From Selaginella moellendorffii (taxonomy: Eukaryota; Plantae; Lycopodiophyta): DNA of 64,000 nucleotides. The position numbers and the translations under genes were made by a program. This document shows positions 33,553 to 43,626 of the stretch, in pieces. The DNA is taken from NCBI RefSeq assembly GCF_000143415.4, contig NW_003314284.1, positions 1,745,715 through 1,809,714 on the forward strand, in the 5' to 3' direction. Numbering within the stretch: position 1 is the first letter of the stretch; each line of letters opens with the position of its first letter. Below the pieces are notes generated by a model. It searched no databases and was not told where the DNA came from. It worked only from the letters and a program-made list of their open reading frames with translations.

Positions 33553-34549
33553 GCCTCTGGAAAAACAGAAGAACGAACTTCCAAAGGTGTGATCTTTGTC
33601 AGTGGAGCAAGAAAAATCAGCAAACATATCCAGACGTGGTGATGGAGGGACAGAGAGAAGGAAAATGCCTGGAGCACAAGCTCCAGTGTGTTGGAGGCCA
33701 CATATTTATACGTGCCGGAAAGTCATGCAGGCCTCGCGACTCCAATAGAAGGGAGAAGAGTGGCATTGAAATATCGCTCACATGAAGAATTTTCACCGCC
33801 ACGAGCGCACATTCTTCCACAAAAACCAAGCCTTGGTGATTGTTTGCACTGTGTTGGTCCAAGGTGTTACCACCACCAGCGCACGCAAAGTTGAGAGAAA
33901 ACCAAATAGAGGACGCCGCCTACCTCTCTTTAAAAGATTGTTCCGCGGCCTTTGCCAGTGATAATGCAAGCCAAGTGATTGAACCGCATCGGAATCTCGC
34001 ACCTCAGCTTTGCGTAGTTCGATCTTCGGAGAGAAAAAAGAAAAAGGACAAGATGAGGAGAAGGCAAAAGAAAAACAAAGTACCCGGCTGATCACTTGTG
34101 ACCGGTAAGCTCGTCACGAGTAAGATCCTTTCTCGAGTCTTCTCTAAGGATTATGGGTGGAGGGCGAACTTGCGAAAGTAGTACCTCGGGTTTGTTTTCT
34201 TGTGATGCTGTCAAAGTTCAATGGAGCTGGATAGAAGGTGTTTGTATGCTTCTCCAATAATTTCCCCGGAGCCATGTGATCCATGTAATCCCTGTGCTTC
34301 CAAACTATCTGTTTCTTTGCGGACATGGGCCGCTCCCGTTTTGTTTTGTTTTCTTGCTTCTCTGTACTCCTCTCGTCCATTACGGCCGCAGATTCCCACG
34401 CTCACCAGTAACACCAGCTCAGTCAATACGCTTTCTTTTCTAAAAAGCTCGATTTGAAAGATGATGAACTCATGGTGCAAAGGTTCGCAAAATGGCGGAT
34501 GGATGCTACAACTCATGCCTTCCCACTTCGTCTCGAACGAGAATCTCAT

Positions 34550-36100
34550 CATGAAACTGTGGGAGAACCGCAGCCGCTGAGAGTCCTCAGACCCTGAAAG
34601 ATGCAAATGCAGCCCCCCCAGTCACATTATAAACAAGAATACTGGACCGCTTACCGCCGTGTCCTCCATGTCATACTTCACATCGGCAAGGAAGAGGCCC
34701 GACGCTGGAGCCATAGGAAGTGCAAGCGAGATTGAACGTCCTTCCAGAATCTTACGAACTGCAATCACGGCCGTCGGCCATTGTTAGCATCTAAGATCTC
34801 TGGAAGTTCCACTCACCATCCTCAGCGGTGCGTTTTCCAGCTCCAACACCTTTGAGAGTGCCTACCATCAATCGCACCTTTCTTTCCTCTCGGCGTTAGT
34901 AATGCAGAAATACGTAAAATACAGTGTAAGTTTCTATACCTGGTGGTATAGAAACGACTGTGCTCGAGCTGTCACCACGTATGACTTCAGATCTGGATTG
35001 GAGCTTTGAGCGTTTGAGGAGCATCCAGTTAGAAGATGCGGCCAGCTGACCGTCTCGCGGATTGAGAGCTCCTCCAAAGTTTTGACCGGAGACGCTGCCT
35101 GTGCAACAATTTTGAGTGAGACAGTAAAAGGAAATGAAAAACTATGGATCGAATACTTGGCAACCAGACGCTCTGAAGGAACTAAAATCGTGCGTTCCCA
35201 AAAGAACTTGACAGGCACTCTAGAACAAGCCACATATAAGTAGAAAAAAGGTCAAAGAAAAGCATAGAAGCAATGCTTTCACCTGCATTGCTATGAGGTT
35301 CAAAGGTTCCTCGACATGCCAGGCACGGTCTCTTTCGAACAGAGAAGCCCGACAGCTTCCGGCGAGGATCCGATAGTAGTACCTGCAAAATCGATGCGGC
35401 TACCGAAAGCGTTCTAGTATATGTACGATGATACAACTTACGTGCGTTCTTTCGCGCGGAATCGAGCGTGAAAGTCCGGAGGCACAAATCTAGCATCCAC
35501 CACCTGAACATCAGCTGACTCCCTCTGCCATCGAGCTTGAATAGAATAAGCAAGCCAATCCAAAAGAGAAAAACCTGTAAGAAATGGTTCACGGCCCGAA
35601 CAATCACGTCGGGAGGATGAGGAGCCAGCTGCAAACAAGCGAGAGTAAACTACAATCTCCAAAGATGGAGAGAAACGCAACTCACCAATTCACCAGGCTT
35701 TCTTTTGCTGGTTCGAGCAAGATCAACATGGAAGACATTCCGAAGAGCATGAACTCCAGCATCCTGGAACACCAATATGAGAAAGCGAAAAAGAAAAGAA
35801 GCAAACGACTTACAGTTCTGCTGGAACCAGTGGTCGACACCGATTGACCCATGAAGCTAGAAAACGCATCCTGGCACCACAGCATAGACAAAGCTTCATT
35901 TTGTTTTCGCTTTCATGTCTTCTTACCTCGAGCGTTCCCTGCACCGTGCGGACTCCTTCTTGCCTTTGCCATCCGGAGAAGCGAGTGCCAATGTACTCAA
36001 TGCCCACCAAGTAGCGCTGGATGCCCGGAACATCCATAGCCAGCTTGGGGAGCTTGAGACGTTCTTCCTCTTCTTCCTCGCTAAAACCTCTCTTTGTCAT
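34550..36100 (-). CDS. truA: tRNA pseudouridine synthase A (TruA), multi-exon; 3' end uncertain (stop at ~34622 or ~34550)
   Basis: IEYIGTRFSGWQRQ, GSSRT|DAGVHA, DFHARF, GTHDFSSFRASGCQ, SFLYHQ|VRLMVG, MAPASGLFL. Confidence 0.92.
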
Positions 36101-36113
36101 GCTATAAAACACC

Positions 36114-37571
36114 CTACTTCCTGCTTAAACCATTTAAACTCCTTGCTCGTTCCATGAGCGCGGCGCATTCGATCCTCTCGTGGTCACCGCGCTGGACGCT
36201 GCGCGAAGCCAGCACCGTGATCCACGCCACCACGTCGCCACCGCTGGGCATGGCACCGCTCAGCTCCCCCGCGGCCTCCACATCCCCGGACCTCCCGAGA
36301 AGATCGATCACGCAGCAGTAGTGCTCCTTCATCGGCGCGATCGCGAGGTCCCATTGCAACGACGCGAAGATCCTCACGCCCTCGTCCACGAGGCCCAGAT
36401 GGCTGCACGAGTTCATCACGCCCAGCAGCGAGATCGCGTTGGGGGCGATGCCCTCGACGCACATCAGCCGCAGCAGCGCGAGGGACTCGCCGGAGCGCGC
36501 CGAGGCCGCAAGAACCGCGTTCCACGACTCGAGATCCGGGCGTGGCATCGCATCGAAGAGGCGCCTCGCCTGGCGTATATGCCCATTCCGGGCATATGCC
36601 GCGATGATCGTGCCCCATGAAACCTCCGTCTTCTCGGGCATAGATTCAAAGAGAAACCTCGCCTCTTCGATCAGCAGCTCCCTCGCGTACAAGGATACGA
36701 TCAGATTCCACGAAACGACACTTCTTCGCGGCATTTGATCGAAGGCGCGTTTCGCTGCCAGAAAATCCCCATTGTGGGTAAGTCCGGCAATGAAAACGTT
36801 CCATGCAACCACGTCCTTGTGCGGCATTTTACGAAACAATTCTGCGGCCTCGTCGATCCACAAGGCCTGCGCATACGACGCCAGTAAAACCGTCCACGAC
36901 ACGACAGTCCGATTTGGATGCGCCTCAAACATAAGCCGAGCTTCCTCCAGATGCCCAGATTGGGCATAAACTTGAAGCATTGTCGTCCAAGTCACGGAGT
37001 CTTGCCACGGCATGGAATCATACAGATCTTTGGCCAGCTGCATTTTTCCTGCTTGTCCGTAAGCCAAGATCAATGCCGTCCACGACACTTGATTCCACTC
37101 AGGCATGACGTCGAACAAAGCCCTCGCCTGCTCTAGATCCCCAGTTCTGGCAAACGCCACCACGACAGAAGTCCACGAGACAAGATCACGAAACTCCATC
37201 CGATCGAACAGCAACTTGGCATTGAGCGGAAGATCGCTCCGTGCGTAGAGGGCGATCACCGTGTTCCAGGCGACAACATCCCGCTCGCCATCCGGCATTG
37301 CGTCGAAGAGTGCCCTGGCCTCGTCAACATGCCCATTGCGGGCGTACGCCTGGATCATGAGATTCCACGAGAAGGGGTTGCGCTTGCCCTGCATGGACTC
37401 AAACACCGCCCGGGCGGCCTCCACGCAGCCGCAGCGTCCATACATCTCCACCACCAAGTTGGCGACGTACAAGCTCGCCCTCTCCGGCGCGATCCCCGAG
37501 TGGATCTCCGCGGCTTCCACCAGGCTCTTGCAGGATCTCAGGCGAGATACCAAGGAATCAAAATTAGGCAT
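36114..37571 (-). CDS. PLS-class PPR protein with truncated E domain, intronless, 485 aa
   Basis: Tandem ~31-aa short repeats (VSWT.L..AYAQ.G....A..LF..MP), SCSHLGLVDEG, EHYCCVIDLLGRSG; no DYW. Confidence 0.92.
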   Translation of the reverse strand: MPNFDSLVSRLRSCKSLVEAAEIHSGIAPERASLYVANLVVEMYGRCGCVEAARAVFESMQGKRNPFSWNLMIQAYARNGHVDEARALFDAMPDGERDVVAWNTVIALYARSDLPLNAKLLFDRMEFRDLVSWTSVVVAFARTGDLEQARALFDVMPEWNQVSWTALILAYGQAGKMQLAKDLYDSMPWQDSVTWTTMLQVYAQSGHLEEARLMFEAHPNRTVVSWTVLLASYAQALWIDEAAELFRKMPHKDVVAWNVFIAGLTHNGDFLAAKRAFDQMPRRSVVSWNLIVSLYARELLIEEARFLFESMPEKTEVSWGTIIAAYARNGHIRQARRLFDAMPRPDLESWNAVLAASARSGESLALLRLMCVEGIAPNAISLLGVMNSCSHLGLVDEGVRIFASLQWDLAIAPMKEHYCCVIDLLGRSGDVEAAGELSGAMPSGGDVVAWITVLASRSVQRGDHERIECAALMERARSLNGLSRK

Positions 37572-37643
37572 CTATATGGATCCTTTTTCCTTTTCGAGAT
37601 CCTATATAAGTTGGAACGTTGCGATTGAGTCTAGGGTTTCACG

Positions 37644-38231
37644 ATGGCACTCCTGATCCACAAGAACGATCACAGCGATGCCATGATCATGCGCAACGGC
37701 GGCCTGGCCATTTTCTCCGATGGATCTTACAAGTATGACGGGCCCGGGAATCAGCAGCACGGTGGCTATGGCGTTTACATCCCGAGCCAAGGTGTGTACC
37801 AGGCACACGGGCGGCGACCCCAGCAGGACCTAAGGCGCTGCTCCGCCATCACCTTTGAGCTGTTAGGGCTGCTCGAGTCGCTGCAGATGGCGATCATGCT
37901 GCAGGAGAAAGGTGGCGGGGTATGCCACCGCGAGGTGTTTGTGTACACGGACAGCTACGATTCGCTGACGCTGCTGGAGATGTACATGGAGAACTCGACG
38001 TACCTGTCCAGGCACTCGGACGTGAGCACCATGGAGAGCATTGTCATGTTCGCGGGCATGCTGCCTTGCAACGTCCACTTCTGCAAGGTGAAAGGGCACG
38101 ACAAGGTTTTGGGCAACGAGGTGGCGGACAAGCTCGCCAAGATCGGCGCGACGCTGCTCGAGGGGCAGCAGCGGAGGTGTACTTTCGTGGGTGATTTGCT
38201 GGTGCCCTTGATCCCGCCGGGACAATGCTAA
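37644..38231 (+). CDS. Stand-alone ribonuclease H (type I fold), intronless, 195 aa
   Basis: IFSDGS, GYGVY, FELLGLLESL, VYTDS, KVKGH, GNEVADKLAKIGA: complete D-E-D-H-D set. Confidence 0.88.
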   Translation: MALLIHKNDHSDAMIMRNGGLAIFSDGSYKYDGPGNQQHGGYGVYIPSQGVYQAHGRRPQQDLRRCSAITFELLGLLESLQMAIMLQEKGGGVCHREVFVYTDSYDSLTLLEMYMENSTYLSRHSDVSTMESIVMFAGMLPCNVHFCKVKGHDKVLGNEVADKLAKIGATLLEGQQRRCTFVGDLLVPLIPPGQC

Positions 38232-38272
38232 TTGCCCGCGCAAACCATCTCCAAATTTTGTACTTAGTTGTT

Positions 38273-38465
38273 TTCCAATCGAATCGTTTTCTCGCAGAAG
38301 TGTGATAGATCTCTTGTCCAAAGTCTTGTTCTCAAATATGATAGATCTTCTGTTCATATCTTGATGGTTTATTCCAATCGAATCGTCTTCTCGCACAAAT
38401 GTGAAAGATCTCTTGTTCAAAGTCTTGTTCTCAAATATGATAGATCTTCTGTTCATATCTTGATG
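38273..38465. repeat. Two-copy 99-bp tandem repeat
   Basis: ttccaatcgaatcgt...aaagtcttgttctcaaatatgatagatcttctgttcatatcttgatg begins at 38273 and 38372, with few mismatches. Confidence 0.92.
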
Positions 38466-38505
38466 ATATCAGATCTCTTGTTCTTTTGGTTGTGATGGGC
38501 GAGCG

Positions 38506-40161
38506 ATGGATTTGCAATCTCTTGGGGTCAAGCACGAACAAGATCGTCTCGCGTCGCTCGTGCGCTCCACGAAAGATTTGGAGCAAGCGAGGCAGCTCCA
38601 CAGGGAGATCTCGCACGGCGCCCACACCCGCGGCAACACATACCTGGCCAACCTGGTCGTGCAGATGTACGGAGCTTGCGGCGGCCTTTGCGACGCGCGC
38701 CTGGCCTTCGAGTCCATCGCCCGTCCGAACATCTTCTCGTGGAGCGCGCTCTTCCAGTGCTACGCGCGCCACGGCCTCCTCCACGAGGCCAAGCGGGTCT
38801 TCGACCGGATGCCCGCGTGGGACTCGGTGGTGTGGACGGCGATGATGGGGCTTTATGCGGAGATGGGCTTCTTGCGCGAGGCCGAGGCGATGTTTTCGGA
38901 TATCCAAGATGCAGATGTTGTAGCGTGGAGTGCGATGATCCAGGCCTACGCTCGGAACGGGCAGCTGGAGTGCGCCGAGGTGCTGTTTGATCGAATGCCG
39001 GAGAGGAATCTTGTTGCCTGGAACACCATGCTTGCAGGAAATGCTGCTTCTAGGAATCAGGAGAGAGCGAAAGAACTCTTCGATGCAATGCCGGTCAGGG
39101 ACGTAATTTCTTGGACGACAATGTTGCAAGCGTTTTCAGTAGGTTTTAATATATCTAAAGTAAAGAATGTGTTTGATTCCATGCCGGAGCTAAGCCTTGT
39201 AACCTGGACAGCTCTAGTTGCAGCAAATGCCAAAGTTGGGGATCTTGGTCAGGCACTGCTTTTGCTGGACCTGATGCCTCAGCGAAGCATCGTGCCCTTT
39301 AACTGCGTTGTTGCTGGCCTGTGCCAGCACGGATATCTCGATCTCGCGCTGAGCGTCTTTCATTCCATGCCCGAATGGAATCTGGCGTCATGGAACGCGA
39401 TGATTGGAGCCCGGCTGCTGGATATCTCCGAGATTCCAGAGCTCAACGCATCCTCGTACGCGAATTTGATGGCTTCACATATAAAAACTAACGAATTTTC
39501 CAGAGCAGTAGAAGTCTTCGATGCTGCTCCATTTCACAACCTCGTAATGTGGAATCTCACCGTGGCAGCAAATGCCCAAAGTGGTGATTTGTCTCGTGCA
39601 CTGGAGCTGCTTACCATGATTCCGGAAAAATCCATTGTAACTCACAACGTTGTCCTTGAAAGCCTTGGAAAGATCGGCCATTACGATGGAGCTCTAAAAT
39701 GTTTCGAAAAAATGCCTGCTAGAGACAGAACATCGTGGAACTCTACACTAGCAGCAGTTACCAAGAGGGGGCATTTTGGCACCGCGATCGATCTCTTCAC
39801 GCGGATGAGCGTCGAGGGATCCAACCCCGACCCCATGACCATGGCGAGCATTCTGGCAGCGTTTAGCCACCTTGGAGGAGTTTTCCACGCCAGGAGCTGC
39901 TTCCATTCGATGGTGGCGGACTTCGGCCTTGGAAGGCCGTCGCTGGAGCACTACTGCTGCATGGTCGACGCTCTCGGACGTGCCGGACGTGTGCACGACG
40001 CCAAAGAGCTCCTGGACGTGATGCCGTTCTTCCCGGACGAATTGGCGGCGGGATCACTGGCAGCGGCGGCCAAAGTTCACGAGAGATCGTCGTCGGGGGC
40101 GTCAGTGATCGATCAACTGGCACCGGGCTGGTTCACTGAGGAGGTTTTTTCTTGGATCTGA
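38506..40161 (+). CDS. PLS-class PPR protein with degenerate E domain, intronless, 551 aa
   Basis: LANLVVQMYGACG, tandem short repeats, LAAFSHLG, EHYCCMVDALGRAG, MPFFPD; no DYW. Confidence 0.92.
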   Translation: MDLQSLGVKHEQDRLASLVRSTKDLEQARQLHREISHGAHTRGNTYLANLVVQMYGACGGLCDARLAFESIARPNIFSWSALFQCYARHGLLHEAKRVFDRMPAWDSVVWTAMMGLYAEMGFLREAEAMFSDIQDADVVAWSAMIQAYARNGQLECAEVLFDRMPERNLVAWNTMLAGNAASRNQERAKELFDAMPVRDVISWTTMLQAFSVGFNISKVKNVFDSMPELSLVTWTALVAANAKVGDLGQALLLLDLMPQRSIVPFNCVVAGLCQHGYLDLALSVFHSMPEWNLASWNAMIGARLLDISEIPELNASSYANLMASHIKTNEFSRAVEVFDAAPFHNLVMWNLTVAANAQSGDLSRALELLTMIPEKSIVTHNVVLESLGKIGHYDGALKCFEKMPARDRTSWNSTLAAVTKRGHFGTAIDLFTRMSVEGSNPDPMTMASILAAFSHLGGVFHARSCFHSMVADFGLGRPSLEHYCCMVDALGRAGRVHDAKELLDVMPFFPDELAAGSLAAAAKVHERSSSGASVIDQLAPGWFTEEVFSWI

Positions 40162-41154
40162 GTCGTCCCAGGAGCGAGGAAGCGCTTGGAACGTCCACCG
40201 ACGAGTAGAGCTTCCCACCGAAGAGAGGAGGTGCATTGGCTCTCTGCTGCTTGCTCTTCCCGATATCGGCATCGTCGAGAGAGTTCCTCCTGGGACGAGC
40301 AGCCTGCGCGGTTTTCTTCTGGAGCAGCTTCCTCTTGCCGTTGCTGCTACTGCTGCCGAGGGGCAATCCCAGAAACGTTTGCTCGGTCTTGATCCGGCGG
40401 TGGCGATCCTGGGCCAGGACGTCGGAGCTCACGACCTCGATGTCGTGGACTTTGATCTTGAGTTCCTGGACTCTGGCTTGGAGGCTCTCGAGGGACGTTT
40501 CGCCGGAGTCGACAATGATCCTTGTCCGGTCAGCTCGAGCGCTTCCAATCTCGTGCCGGAGAAGCACCACCTTGTCTTCCAGATTGGAGACGACAGATTC
40601 CACCGATGAAACGTCTGACAGAAGCTCGCGCACCTGCAAGCATTGATACGAGTGAAACAAAGGAAAGTAAACTTCAGTCAGGCACAATGCATGGAGGAAA
40701 GATGCTTGCGATCTAACGATTCAAGAAAACGAAAAACCATGAAAAAGAAGAGGACGCGAACCTCGGCAGGAAGATTGTGCTCAACGTCGTCTAGATTTGA
40801 GTCCTCGTCTCCAAATCCCAGCCCGGTTTCCAGTGCCTTGCGGAGGTCAGTTTCATACTTCAACTTTGTCTTCAGTCTCTGGACCTGCGCAGCCAGAGAG
40901 TATAAATGCCGAGCTTGAGATCAGCGGAAGAGGAAAAAAAGAGAGGAAAAATCTCCTCGCAGAGCATAGACTCTGATTTACTCACGTCCTTTTCCAGCAA
41001 AGAGCGATGCAGCTGTAGTGTGACCAATCTGTCGCCAATGTCCTGCGAAGAAACGAATGAATGAAGAGAAGAAAGTACAGAAGAGAATCGATTTGGGAAT
41101 TCTTCAAAGGAAGTGTCAAAGTACCTTGCAGAGGAGACTCGCTTTAGAATCCAT
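40133..41154 (-). CDS. MIP1-type leucine-zipper (Lzipper-MIP1) protein, 4 exons
   Basis: Spliced: ..RSLLEKD|VQRLKTKLKYETDLRKALETGL...NLPAE|VRELLSDVSSVESVVSNLEDKVVLLRHEI. Confidence 0.65.
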
Positions 41155-41333
41155 GCCCGAATTTCTCCTCTTCTCTCTCACTCCACCGACATTGTATGTG
41201 GTCCTGCCATTGATAATTGTCGCAGCTTCTCCTGGAATTCAAGACTCTGTAGCTCCCAAAACGAAAGAGAAAAGAATATGAGAGGAAGTCCAAAAGAGAA
41301 AGGAGCCAAAAAGGAGAGACGAAACCGAAAAGA

Positions 41334-41415
41334 CGTGGACGGCAGGATTCGAACCTGCGCGGGCAAAGCCCACATGATTTCTAGTCATGCCCGATAACCA
41401 CTCCGGCACGTCCAC
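41334..41415 (-). tRNA. tRNA-Ser(AGA)
   Basis: GTGGACG...CGTCCAC stem; CATGA-CTAGAAA-TCATG anticodon arm; long variable arm; GGTTCGAATCC; TTTT downstream. Confidence 0.97.
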
Positions 41416-41611
41416 CTTCTTGGTAAAGAATGGCAGCACGTCCCTACAAACTAGCCTTTTCTTATGTTACTCCACCAAAGCAAACAAGCTTTCTTGCAAA
41501 TGGAAAAAAGACTTTACCATCGATGATGCCAACTTTACTTCAGTTCTTAAAGAGAGAACTACAAAATCGCGATTGCTGCAAGGAAAAACCGATCAGCACT
41601 GTCGAGAAATC

Positions 41612-43576
41612 TTACAAAAACCTTACCGTCAAATCGTAGTGGCGAGGAGCGCAGCCTTGGAGCTTCATGTGAAAGGAGAGCAACCGAGCTTCCTCCATTC
41701 GCTCGCACCTAGACAGAGCGTCGAGGAGGCTCCAGTAACTCCAAGCATCTGGAGCGCTTCGCCTCTCCAGCTCCCGGAAAACTTCCAAGGCCTCGTCCAC
41801 TCTCCCCGCGATGCACAGCCACCGGATCAGCGTGTTGAACACCACCACGTCCGGAGCGACGCCTCTGGAGACCATCTCATGAAAAATCTCGAGGGTGACT
41901 TCCAGCCCTCCGGCTCTGCAGATCCCGTCCATGAGAATGCTGTACGAGTGGAGATTGGGACTCGTTCCCTGCGACACCATGCTCTCAAAGAGCTCCACCC
42001 CGTCGCCCACAGTGTCGAGGCGCTGGCACAGTCCATGGAGGAAAGAGTTGAAGGTGTAGACGTCGGGGCAGAGCCTCCTCTGGAGCAGCTTCTCGAAGTA
42101 AAAATACGCTTTTGCCAGCTTTCCTGCTCGGCAGAGGCCGCGGATGATGATGTTGTACGAGACGAGGTTTGGCTCGCAGCCTCGGTCCAGCATCCGGCGG
42201 AAGAGCTCCACGGCGGCGGACACGTTACCTTCGCTGCAGAAGCCGTCCATGAGAGCGCTGTAAGTCACCACCGTCGCAACGCAGCCCCTCTCTTCCATCG
42301 CTAGGAACGTCGCGTACGCCTCGGCCACTCTCCCGGCTTTGCAAAGGCCGTCGAGAATGATGTTGTACGTCACGGTACTCACGACGGTGCCACTCTGCAG
42401 CATTTGCCTGTATACTCGATGGGCCTTCGGGATCATCTTTGCCTTCATGAACCCGTCTATGAGAGCAGCATACGTGACGGCGTCGGGCTCGTAGCCCCGG
42501 TTTCTCATCTCGTGAAACCTTTCGCAGCCTTCCTCGACTCTCCCCAGCTTGCAAAGCCCGTCGATGATCGAGGTGTACGTGACAGCATCGGGGATGAAGC
42601 CCCTCTCCACAGCTTCCTTGAGCTGCAAGAGCGCTTCGTCCAGCCTGCCTAGCTTGAGAAACCCGTCCACGAGCGAAGTATACGTGAACAAAGTTGGGAA
42701 ACAGCGTCTCTCGGACATCTTCTTGACGAAAGCGATGGCTTCTTCCGTCCTCTCTGCTTTGCAAAGAGCGGCAACCAGCGGATTGAAGGTAAAGTGAGTG
42801 AGATCCAGCGAGTCGTCCAGTTCGTCGAAATAAGCTAACGCGTCTTCGAGATTTCCGGAAGCGCAGAGTTGCCGGATGACAAGGTTGTGGATCACTACGT
42901 CGGGTTCCACACCTCTGGCCTTCATATCTTCGACAATCTCGCGAGCCACCTTGACTTCCCCTGCGACGCAGCATCCGGCAAGCACGGTTCTGTACATCAC
43001 TACATCCGGTTCGCAGATGGTTACTAACACCTCTTTGAGCAGCCTGTACGCCTCGCGGTGCTTTCCAGCCTTGACAAAAATGTGGAGAAGCCCAGCAGAC
43101 GAAAACCTTGAGTGGCAGCTCTTGCTCCGCTCACCGGCCCATTTGAAAAACATCCAGGCTACTCGGTAGTCTCTCAGCCGCTTCAAAACTTGGGCCACGA
43201 TCCGGGATGTGAGTTCACCTCTGTAGTCACTCAGTGCACCTCCAACCTCCAAAAACCGACCTTGAGCCTCGAGATCAAGTAAAGTTTTGAGGAGAGCATC
43301 AATGCTTTCTTTGTAACCAAACTTCTGCTTGCTGCTTCGTTTCCTGTCTTCTCCGCTGCCTCTTCTAGCACTGTCTCTGTCTGTAAGCTCCTGTCCATTC
43401 TCCTCACAAACCACCTGAGACTTCTCTGCAATGGGTTCGCCTCCATGACTTCTTTCCGTGTTACACTGATGATACACTTCACTGGCAGCCGAAATGGAGT
43501 AAGGCCACCGCCTAGCCTGAAAGAGAAAGTTCGGGAACCTGATGATCCTTGCTCTTGACCATAGCGCAAAGCTCAT
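41612..43576 (-). CDS. P-class PPR protein, intronless
   Basis: 35-aa repeats (PDAVTYTSIIDGLCKLGRVEEG..). First ATG at 43576 (MSFALWSRAR, organelle-targeting-like); the ORF track extends to a GTG at 43693. Confidence 0.93.
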   Translation of the reverse strand: MSFALWSRARIIRFPNFLFQARRWPYSISAASEVYHQCNTERSHGGEPIAEKSQVVCEENGQELTDRDSARRGSGEDRKRSSKQKFGYKESIDALLKTLLDLEAQGRFLEVGGALSDYRGELTSRIVAQVLKRLRDYRVAWMFFKWAGERSKSCHSRFSSAGLLHIFVKAGKHREAYRLLKEVLVTICEPDVVMYRTVLAGCCVAGEVKVAREIVEDMKARGVEPDVVIHNLVIRQLCASGNLEDALAYFDELDDSLDLTHFTFNPLVAALCKAERTEEAIAFVKKMSERRCFPTLFTYTSLVDGFLKLGRLDEALLQLKEAVERGFIPDAVTYTSIIDGLCKLGRVEEGCERFHEMRNRGYEPDAVTYAALIDGFMKAKMIPKAHRVYRQMLQSGTVVSTVTYNIILDGLCKAGRVAEAYATFLAMEERGCVATVVTYSALMDGFCSEGNVSAAVELFRRMLDRGCEPNLVSYNIIIRGLCRAGKLAKAYFYFEKLLQRRLCPDVYTFNSFLHGLCQRLDTVGDGVELFESMVSQGTSPNLHSYSILMDGICRAGGLEVTLEIFHEMVSRGVAPDVVVFNTLIRWLCIAGRVDEALEVFRELERRSAPDAWSYWSLLDALSRCERMEEARLLSFHMKLQGCAPRHYDLTVRFL

Positions 43577-43626
43577 GCCATGACCCTCTTCGGAAACCCC
43601 TAAACCATAAACCCCCAAGGCGCGCT

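Noticed and set aside
34144-34550. Possible small gene or extra exons downstream of TruA
   Set aside because: Coding-like, but no motif or consistent splice model could be established.
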